From: Fibrobacterales bacterium
GTDB lineage: Bacteria > Fibrobacterota > Fibrobacteria > Fibrobacterales > JAOPTW01
DNA: 38,821 nucleotides
Direction: 5' to 3'
NCBI GenBank assembly: GCA_051532055.1
Contig: JAOPTX010000026.1
Coordinates: 1-38,821, forward strand
This document shows, one piece after another, positions 9,949 to 17,536 of this stretch. Position numbers and translations under genes: made by a program. The stretch's first letter is position 1; each line of letters opens with the position of its first letter. A model generated the notes under the pieces. The model worked only from the letters and a program-made list of their open reading frames with translations. It made no database searches and was not told the DNA's origin.

Positions 9949-10852
9949 TTCCCAGCGCGTCTTGTACTGGTCGCAGATGAAATCTGCTGCTCGTACATGC
10001 AACCGCACTGGAGTCGGCCCAACCTTTTTGATGTCAAAAAGGTTGGATAAAAACCACTCTTTGCAGAGAGCAACATTACAAATGCTTTGTACATCTGGTT
10101 CAGGTTACGCTGATCTGTACCTATCATGAGTTGATTGGTTTCTCGGTTACTGAGTATAAAATGTCATCAAGCACATGGTGTAGCTTTAACCTTTCAGTTG
10201 TGTGCGGGCTAGTTTGTACTTCTTTGTATGGTGTCGCTATGCAAGGGCGCGGTTGTAATGTAAAATGTGCTCCGCAGCATCGGTGCTAAGTATTTACCAC
10301 AACATATCCGTAATGATTCCTATAACATAAGTGGCTCAATTTGAACCTGTTTGAGAGTATAGAGCACGCCCAATACCTTGCCACAAAACGGTTATGGAGT
10401 TATAATAATGAACGACCGCATAAAGCTAATGGTGGGCTACCGCCCAAAATGATGCTGAAGGCGGCTTAACCTCTACTTATTACGTCAGTTAATAATGAGG
10501 TTGCACTTCACCCGACTATGTGTAATCTTTATCACGGATGAACTGACTGATAAGGATATGCCGATGGTGATGGGGCAGTTGCCGGGGTAAGGAGTGGGGA
10601 GTTATATTGGACGGTAATCTCTCTTGTAATATTCACTAAAAGAACTCTTGGTAATGTTAAAGTTTTAAATAATTAAAACCCGCTATTGGTACGACCAACA
10701 AGGTAGATTAGCGCGAAGAGCGGTAATTAACATCTCACAAACATACAGTGTATGTTTGTGTGTGTATTACGCGTGATGGGATTACCTATTCTGTCGCCCC
10801 GAAGTGTGGTGATCCATGAGGATCAGTCTACGGAGGGTTAACTATCTACTTG
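9949..10852 (+). ncRNA. Candidate large, highly structured non-coding RNA (~900 nt), class unassigned
   Basis: No credible ORF; more than 20 hairpins and long-range stems seen by eye, including perfect 12-bp (10019-10046) and 11-bp (10736-10760) stems and a closing stem 10699-10708/10844-10852; repeated G-U pairs on the + strand. Boundaries approximate. Confidence 0.65.
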
Positions 10853-10882
10853 CCTGCCTATTTTATAATATATGGAGAACGT

Positions 10883-11773
10883 ATGGATAGTATGCTAAAA
10901 AACGATGTGATGTCATTTGAAAAAAATCTAAAATCTAAGATATATACGGTCAGGGGCATACAGGTGATGTTAGATAAAGACATTGCTGAGTTATATGGTG
11001 TTAAACCAATTCGTCTCAGAGAGCAGGTAAAAAGAAATATTGAACGATTTCCTTCTGATTTTATGTTTCAAATCGGCGATTCTGAACTAAAATCAATGGT
11101 ATCGCAATTTGCGATACCACCAGTTAAATATTTCGGCGGTACGAATCCTTATTTTTTTACTGAACAGGGAGTTGCGAGTTTATCAGGGGTGCTTAAGAGC
11201 AAAAAAGCAATTGAAGTTCATCTTCACATAATGAGGGCATTTGTAGCACTTCGTCGTAATAAGGAAGTGAATACATTAGTCCACCATAGAATTGATTGTG
11301 TTGAGGCAAAAGTTGCTAAGCATGAGCAGTTGTTTGAAAAAGTATTTGACGCTTTAAGTTTGCAAGAGTTGCCAAAACAAGGTGTTTTCTATGACGGACA
11401 AGTATATGATGCACATAGATTTAGTACAGACCTTATTAGATCAGCAAAGCAGTCAATAATTGTTATAGATAACTTCATAGATGATACGGTATTAACTCTC
11501 CTGTCAAAACGTAATACCGATGTGAGTGCGAAGATCTATACCAAAAAAATATCTAAGCAAATGGAGCTGGATCTGCAGAAGCATAATGAACAGTATCCCG
11601 AAATAACAATTAGACAGTTTTCCCAGTCACATGATAGATTTTTGATTATTGATAAGGATGGAGTGTATCACATCGGAGCTTCACTTAAGGACTTAGGTAA
11701 AAGCTGGTTTGCTTTTTCAAGAATTGAAATGGATGTTAAAGATATTCTAGATAAGTTACCTTATAGTTCCTGA
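10883..11773 (+). CDS. ORF6N domain DNA-binding protein with C-terminal PLD-like domain
   Basis: IYTVRGIQVMLDKDIAELYGV...VKRNIERFPSDFMFQ...FTEQGVA ORF6N signature; C-terminal HDRFLIID...YHIGASLKDLG. ATG 10883 has SD GGAG (10874-10877) and is preferred to TTG 10850. Confidence 0.9.
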   Translation: MDSMLKNDVMSFEKNLKSKIYTVRGIQVMLDKDIAELYGVKPIRLREQVKRNIERFPSDFMFQIGDSELKSMVSQFAIPPVKYFGGTNPYFFTEQGVASLSGVLKSKKAIEVHLHIMRAFVALRRNKEVNTLVHHRIDCVEAKVAKHEQLFEKVFDALSLQELPKQGVFYDGQVYDAHRFSTDLIRSAKQSIIVIDNFIDDTVLTLLSKRNTDVSAKIYTKKISKQMELDLQKHNEQYPEITIRQFSQSHDRFLIIDKDGVYHIGASLKDLGKSWFAFSRIEMDVKDILDKLPYSS

Positions 11774-12033
11774 GCATGAGAGACAACCGAAACTGATAGT
11801 TTGGCTAGGTATCAATCATAGTAGCTAGACATTTTGACCTAAAACAAACTTCCTCCCTCAAATAACTCTATAAACACCACCTCAATTGTAAACCACTTCT
11901 TTACAGAACAACCCTTCTTGTTTAATATACATTTAGTATGGACATACACAAATAGCTCAATCATATTCTATGGGGATGGAATGTGTGAAATTAAAGAAAG
12001 AGTCGTGTATGCATATAAACAAACGGGGACATT

Positions 12034-15000
12034 ATTAATATTTTACAGTTTATTACATCATTTTTACTGTGCGCTATGGTTTCTGTTAGTGCAAATGGCT
12101 ATACCGAATATTGGGCAGCAATACCTGATTTAGCCTCCGGTCATGGAAAGGCGGATTATAGTCACGACAGTCATGCTGTACTCAGGTTTGCTTCTCTTGG
12201 TGATGCTATTACAGTTACTATTAAAATGCCCGCAGAAAATGATCGTCTTGTGGGTACTGTAGATATAGCTGCTGGTGCATCTGGTGAATTCTCTCTATTA
12301 GAAATTATTGGAAAAATAGACAAGGCAAAACACCAAAATGATACTAACTGGATTGAGAGTGGACTTCCTGGGCGAAGAGGTATTATTGATACCCGCGGAC
12401 TGTTTATATCAGCAGAATCACAAAACTCAGGGGGTGATGCCCGTTTTACTGCTTATATTGATCGATACGCACTATTGAACCGTGACATAACAACTCTCAA
12501 GGGAAAGAGTGCTGAAGGATATGCATTTACCGTGCCTGGGCGAGATCGTTGGGAAAATCATCAGAAATCTTATGATGGTCGCAGTGCTTTTGATATTGTT
12601 GCTACAGAAGATAATACAAAAATCACCATAGTACCAAAGAACGTAATTGTAAATGACAATAATGGCGTAAGTAGTGGTGTCTATAACGCTGGAGATGGAT
12701 TTATCATAACTCTTATGGAGGGAGAAACTTTTAACGGGTCGTCTGTTGAAATAGCTCTTAACGATACCGTTGATGTAATGCGGCCTGATGGCCATGTTGG
12801 CGGAAGCTCTATCACCTCTGATAAACCTATTGTCGTAATGTATAAAGATGATTCAGTTACAGACCCAGGGAAGTTAAGTGGGCAAGATACCATGGGTGAT
12901 CAACTCGTACCAGATGCATTGGCTGGCTCGGAGTTTATTGTTATTCGAGGAGAATTAGAAAATGCTCAGCGCAAATCAGAAGAGACAGCATTTATTACTT
13001 CGGTTGACGATGGATTAACGACGATTGTATATAATAGTGTTGAATATCCTATTAATGGGAAAGGTGTGGCTATCGGTATATTATTGGAACATGAAGCTAA
13101 TTATTTTTCGGTAAAAGAGCCTGGACAACGTGTCCACCTGTTTCAAGGGACTGGCTATTTTGATGAGGTAGGGGGGAACATCGTACCGCCTATTGTCTGT
13201 ACTGGCTCTCAGGATGTTACCCTTGTTCGTACCCAAATACCACTTGGTACGAATCTTATACCAATTGATACATCTCTTTCAACTAAAACGGGGGATTCCA
13301 CAGATCAATTTGATGTCAGCTTAGTTACAAGAAAATCAAATAAGGACAACTTTGAATATAGCATTAATGGTGGGCCCTTTACAAAAATTGCAAGCTCAAA
13401 CTTTACCGAAGTAGCGACATCTGGAAGTGATGATTGGTTCTATTTTAGTAATAAATCAATGTTTCGAGAACTACTCACTATTGGGTATACTCTTCGAATT
13501 AAAAACACAACAGCCTTAGATGATGGCGATGGTCTTTTTCACTTAGGAGTCCTCGAAGCAACTTCTGGTGGAGCCAAAGGCGGATACTTTTCTGACTTCG
13601 CATCCCTTTCAGGAGAAGCCGGTGTAAATAACTTAGGACACCATAACTTCACCCTTGCCTGCGACCTTAAAGTACCCCTAATCGCTTCAGGAGGGAAACG
13701 CTATACGTGGAGTAGCCCCTCTGGCCATATGCATATGTTGGGCGACGCATCAGCTGATAATGACACCTTGTACTTTACCCCAAATAGTAGAGAGGGGACA
13801 GGGCCCTTTGAGTTTGAAGTAGAGATCATCGGTAAGGAGTGCGAAGAGACCAAAGTGATTCCTCTCACTATTACTGTAGATATGCTCGATGAAGATTTTG
13901 GTGGTAATATATTTATGTGTGAAGGTGAGACGGATACCCTTAATAATGTCTCTTCTGATCCTGATGCGTTTACTGCAACTGATGATCGTTATACCTGGAG
14001 CTCTGATATACTCCTGAGTGACCTCAATATTATGTCTCCTATTTTTTCGGTAGGTACCGATGCAGAGTTCGATGTTCGTTATGATGATGGGCATTGTGCC
14101 GCTGAGAAAGTCATTTCTGTAACGACTGAAAATTGTGGAGAGTGTAACCTCATAGCAAAAGATACTGTTACAATATGCCCTAATGATGAGGTGACCCTAG
14201 GTGTAACAGGTCGAGGCTCTTTTGTTGAGTGGGTATATGAGAAATATGGTCAGAAGGAAACACTGACTAATGAACGACCCACAGTAAGTCCAGAAACGAA
14301 TACTGAATATACTGCTCGGTATAACGAGGCGGTTAAAAATGCTCCAGGAGAGGAATTTTCGGTAACTACTATTTGTGAAGCAACCACCACAGTGGTAGTA
14401 GATCCGTGCCTACCCGACCCCGATATTGTGAAGGCTGAGATCTTTGATACTGATAGTGATGGACGTGCAGAAACAATTATCGTTACCTTTGATCTACCTG
14501 TTTCTGAGTATCTCTTTGATTTTACCTCAATAGATTGGCCAAAAGAAGGAAAGAATAATGAAAAGGTTCGCAAAAGAGATGCGATACGCATTGACTCAGT
14601 GACGGTGAAGCTTGATCTCGAAGATGCTTTTGATGCGGCAACTGAAGCTGATGAAAATAAACCACCGTACCTCGATTATGGTGAGACTTCAGTCCTTATT
14701 GAAGATAGAGTGGGGCCGGTTATTGTCTCAATTGAAAAAGTTCCGGCAGAGATGGCCTATTTTGCAATTAGGCATGATGATGATTCGATTTCAACCCATC
14801 GTACTCCAGATACCTTGCTCATTACTCTTTCAGAAAAGGTAACACTCCCGGCAGAAGGGTGGGAGTCCCTCTTTACTCTGAATACCGAAGATGGAAAGAC
14901 GATCCCTCTGGTACTGTTAGAAATACCTAAATCTATAAATGAAGATGACGACCTATCTGAATCGAAACAATGGAAGCTTGTCCTTGATACGAGTAAATCA

Positions 15001-15702
15001 GCATCAGTAACGGGAGTTGGAGATCATATATCCTTTAATAGTACTACACCGGTAACAGATCAATTAGGCAACCCGGCTACCGAACGTTTTGTAGAAGTGG
15101 GTGGTGTCGAAGGTGCGGCAGCTTTGTTAAGCTCTCAATTTCGTGCACCGGTTGTTGGAGCAACTACAGCCGCAGCCCATGCTATACCTATTCACAGTAT
15201 TCCTCTCTTCGATGAGTCGGGTAAAGCGCTCAATGAGAGTACCTCCCAATCAATACCCTTTAATCCAGAGTGGGTTCCTCCCGTAGTCTATACAGCCACG
15301 AGTGGCGATGATGATGAAGGCGAGTGTGAAGACACACAAACTGCCGAACCATTTGATCTCAGTTGTTATGCTTCCCTGGCATTAGGAACCTATAAAGAAC
15401 AAGGGGCCTATACGGTGCGGGTATTTATATATGATCATCTGGGTCAATTTATCACTCAATGGTCCCAGCGATTTGGGGCGTGTGGCGAATTTGAAAACAG
15501 AGATCGAATCCGTCAAAGTGCTATTGAAAACTTATTTATTCACGATCTTGCGTGGGACCTCAAAGATGGCGAAGGTCGCATGGGAGGTACTGGCGTATAC
15601 TATTGGCAGGTCTCAGTTAGATTTGATAGTGGCTTGAACGAGAAGTTTACCAGAAAAATGGGTATAGTACGACATAGTGCTCAGTGCGAGGAAGAACAAT
15701 AA
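12034..15702 (+). CDS. Large secreted IgGFc-binding-domain protein with Ig-like repeats and Fibrobacter-type C-terminal domain
   Basis: FDIVATEDNTKITI, GSSITSDKPIVV, GDQLVP, PPIVCTGS motifs of bacterial IgGFc-binding proteins; C-terminal IYDHLGQFI...WDLKDGEGRMGGTGVYYW. Start uncertain: the frame opens at 12019 and the signal peptide begins upstream of ATG 12076. Confidence 0.75.
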   Translation: MNILQFITSFLLCAMVSVSANGYTEYWAAIPDLASGHGKADYSHDSHAVLRFASLGDAITVTIKMPAENDRLVGTVDIAAGASGEFSLLEIIGKIDKAKHQNDTNWIESGLPGRRGIIDTRGLFISAESQNSGGDARFTAYIDRYALLNRDITTLKGKSAEGYAFTVPGRDRWENHQKSYDGRSAFDIVATEDNTKITIVPKNVIVNDNNGVSSGVYNAGDGFIITLMEGETFNGSSVEIALNDTVDVMRPDGHVGGSSITSDKPIVVMYKDDSVTDPGKLSGQDTMGDQLVPDALAGSEFIVIRGELENAQRKSEETAFITSVDDGLTTIVYNSVEYPINGKGVAIGILLEHEANYFSVKEPGQRVHLFQGTGYFDEVGGNIVPPIVCTGSQDVTLVRTQIPLGTNLIPIDTSLSTKTGDSTDQFDVSLVTRKSNKDNFEYSINGGPFTKIASSNFTEVATSGSDDWFYFSNKSMFRELLTIGYTLRIKNTTALDDGDGLFHLGVLEATSGGAKGGYFSDFASLSGEAGVNNLGHHNFTLACDLKVPLIASGGKRYTWSSPSGHMHMLGDASADNDTLYFTPNSREGTGPFEFEVEIIGKECEETKVIPLTITVDMLDEDFGGNIFMCEGETDTLNNVSSDPDAFTATDDRYTWSSDILLSDLNIMSPIFSVGTDAEFDVRYDDGHCAAEKVISVTTENCGECNLIAKDTVTICPNDEVTLGVTGRGSFVEWVYEKYGQKETLTNERPTVSPETNTEYTARYNEAVKNAPGEEFSVTTICEATTTVVVDPCLPDPDIVKAEIFDTDSDGRAETIIVTFDLPVSEYLFDFTSIDWPKEGKNNEKVRKRDAIRIDSVTVKLDLEDAFDAATEADENKPPYLDYGETSVLIEDRVGPVIVSIEKVPAEMAYFAIRHDDDSISTHRTPDTLLITLSEKVTLPAEGWESLFTLNTEDGKTIPLVLLEIPKSINEDDDLSESKQWKLVLDTSKSASVTGVGDHISFNSTTPVTDQLGNPATERFVEVGGVEGAAALLSSQFRAPVVGATTAAAHAIPIHSIPLFDESGKALNESTSQSIPFNPEWVPPVVYTATSGDDDEGECEDTQTAEPFDLSCYASLALGTYKEQGAYTVRVFIYDHLGQFITQWSQRFGACGEFENRDRIRQSAIENLFIHDLAWDLKDGEGRMGGTGVYYWQVSVRFDSGLNEKFTRKMGIVRHSAQCEEEQ

Positions 15703-15762
15703 GACGATTAACCCGGAAGATAGTTTTCTTTGTATCTTTCGAGCGTTGTATTAAAATGAGCA

Positions 15763-16611
15763 CTGTACCTGTCGTATCCATTACTCATAATCATTGCAGT
15801 ACTCAGTGTAGGTCTCAGTCCAATACTCGTTAAGCTTGCTGGAGTTTCAGGGCTCCAGGTAACACTGTATCGAATGCTGTTTGCATCCATATTTCTCTAT
15901 ATTCCTATCATACTTAAAAAGCAACAACTCCTTCCTTCCATTAATAAGAAAGGTGTCGTTTTAGTGGCTTTTTTCTTTACAGCTAATATGGTACTTTGGA
16001 ATACCGCAATAGTGGAGGGAAGTACTTATAAAGCGACTCTGTTTGTAAACTCATTCCCTCTCTGGGTCGCCTGTATATCCATACTATTTTTAAAATTTAT
16101 TCCAACAGTACGGTTGGGGATAGGTACCGGTCTTATGATTTTTGGGGGCTATCTATTGTTGGGCGAGGGTGAGATGAGCTCTGATACTGCCCTGAGTCTG
16201 ACCGATATTTATGCACTGGCTGCCGGGCTATCCTATGCACTCTTTCTTCTTTTGAGTAAGTACCTAAGAAGCTTTTATGACGCATTTACTATAAGTGCAT
16301 ACACAATGGCTCTGGGGACAGGTATGGTCTCTATAATAATGGTATCACAGTCGGTGCCGCTGTTCAATGTGAGTCTCTATTCTTTGGGTATACTCATACT
16401 GCTCGGGTTTTGCCATGGGGTAACGGTAGTAACAGTGAATAGTTTACTTGCGATCAAAGATCCTTTTACCATAGCGACCTTTCTTCTTATCGCACCAATC
16501 ATTACCACTATTGTATCAGTGCTCTGTTTCAATGAACCATTCCATAGTATCTATATCGGGGCAATTCTATGTTACCTCGTAGGAGTCTATGTAATCAATA
16601 GAAGAGCGTAA
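15763..16611 (+). CDS. DMT/EamA family transporter; 5' end lacks a canonical start (CTG start or damaged gene)
   Basis: Hydrophobic helices. The in-frame region upstream of ATG 15874 encodes a typical first helix (LLIIIAVLSVGLSPILVKLAGVSGLQVTLYR) back to TGA 15757. Confidence 0.75.
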   Translation: MYLSYPLLIIIAVLSVGLSPILVKLAGVSGLQVTLYRMLFASIFLYIPIILKKQQLLPSINKKGVVLVAFFFTANMVLWNTAIVEGSTYKATLFVNSFPLWVACISILFLKFIPTVRLGIGTGLMIFGGYLLLGEGEMSSDTALSLTDIYALAAGLSYALFLLLSKYLRSFYDAFTISAYTMALGTGMVSIIMVSQSVPLFNVSLYSLGILILLGFCHGVTVVTVNSLLAIKDPFTIATFLLIAPIITTIVSVLCFNEPFHSIYIGAILCYLVGVYVINRRA

Positions 16612-16615
16612 AAAG

Positions 16616-17479
16616 CTAATGACGCTTTTTATAATTATACAGAAATAGAAACCCACTACAGAGCATGATACTTATGATCTCTTGTGGAGTGAGTTGTTCC
16701 CCTAAAAAGAAAAATGCAAGTAACGCGGTTACGCTGGGCACGAATGACATAAAGAGTGATGTTGTGGTAGACCCGAGATGCTTAATGGTATAGGCAACAC
16801 AGCTGATTGCTATCATATTTACCACAACCCCCTGATAGAATGATTGTAACACAATCTCACTCAATGGTGCGGTGGTTAAGTGAGATTCAAAGAGGAAAAA
16901 GAGAGGAGTAAACAGAATGACATTAATAAGCGGGGTGATTATAAGAATGTCTCGGTAGTGAAATTGAAAGGCACGCACCGATATAATGTGAATAGTATAA
17001 ACTATTGCAGCGGTAATGAGCATGACCCATGCAAGGGAAAAGAGAGTGCTCGTGCCTCCGGTAATCATGAGAGTGTTTGCTATAAAAATTCCGAGTATCG
17101 CTACTACTCTCCGCAGCGGTATGGTCTCTTTAAAAAGAACGAGGGAGAATAGTGCAGTGAATACAGGGAGTAGTCCATTGACGAGTACCCCCGCATTTGC
17201 AGCTTGGGTTTGTTTAAGTGCGTAAAAGCTGAGTAGGGTATAGGGGAACCCAACACCAAGTGCCATAGGGATACCTTGAATGATTTTTTTCCAGGTTATA
17301 CGGTAATGGATTCCAAAAGGGATCGAACATAGTCCCGCCGTGATGTATCTTAATAACGTGATATCAGCAGGGGTAAGGTGAGATTGTACTCCGAGCCGTG
17401 AGATGGTGATCCAGCCCGCCCAGATACAGATAACGAGTAGACCTGTGCCAATTGCTTTTGTATGGTGTGTAAGTTGCAT
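16616..17479 (-). CDS. DMT/EamA family transporter
   Basis: About 10 TM segments; IWAGWITISRLGV, LTPADITLLRY, AFFFLGE motifs. Confidence 0.88.
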   Translation of the reverse strand: MQLTHHTKAIGTGLLVICIWAGWITISRLGVQSHLTPADITLLRYITAGLCSIPFGIHYRITWKKIIQGIPMALGVGFPYTLLSFYALKQTQAANAGVLVNGLLPVFTALFSLVLFKETIPLRRVVAILGIFIANTLMITGGTSTLFSLAWVMLITAAIVYTIHIISVRAFQFHYRDILIITPLINVILFTPLFFLFESHLTTAPLSEIVLQSFYQGVVVNMIAISCVAYTIKHLGSTTTSLFMSFVPSVTALLAFFFLGEQLTPQEIISIMLCSGFLFLYNYKKRH

Positions 17480-17536
17480 TGCACAAATATAGTAAGGATG
17501 GGCTCTGACCTACTTTCAATTCAGGATGTCTGAGAG

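Noticed and set aside
9909..10127. 72-aa minus-strand ORF in the structured gap
   Set aside because: No recognisable motif or convincing SD; it overlaps strong stems, and its basic tail is just the complement of a pyrimidine tract.
10331..10367. tRNA D-arm-like GTGGCTCAAT...ATAGAGCAC
   Set aside because: No T-arm GTTCRA, acceptor stem or CCA at suitable spacing; alternative pairings explain the segment.
10202..10852. Group II intron (GTGCG at 10202; ..TCTACTTG near 10850)
   Set aside because: No domain V with an AGC/CGC catalytic triad and bulge found on either strand, no RT ORF, and the GTGCG lies within a stem. A highly divergent derivative cannot be excluded without a CM search.
9949..10852. 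RNase P RNA, tmRNA or cobalamin riboswitch as the identity of the structured region
   Set aside because: No GAGGAAAGTCC, no GGGGC..TCCACCA ends, and no convincing B12 box or GGGAA..GCCACTG core seen; the region is also downstream of, not upstream of, the B12 enzyme.
10883..11773. Prophage or mobile element around ORF6N
   Set aside because: No integrase, transposase, structural genes, att-like repeats or terminal inverted repeats seen.
11918..12133. 71-aa ORF upstream of the IgGFc gene
   Set aside because: No motif; it overlaps the signal-peptide-coding frame of the large gene and is likely spurious.
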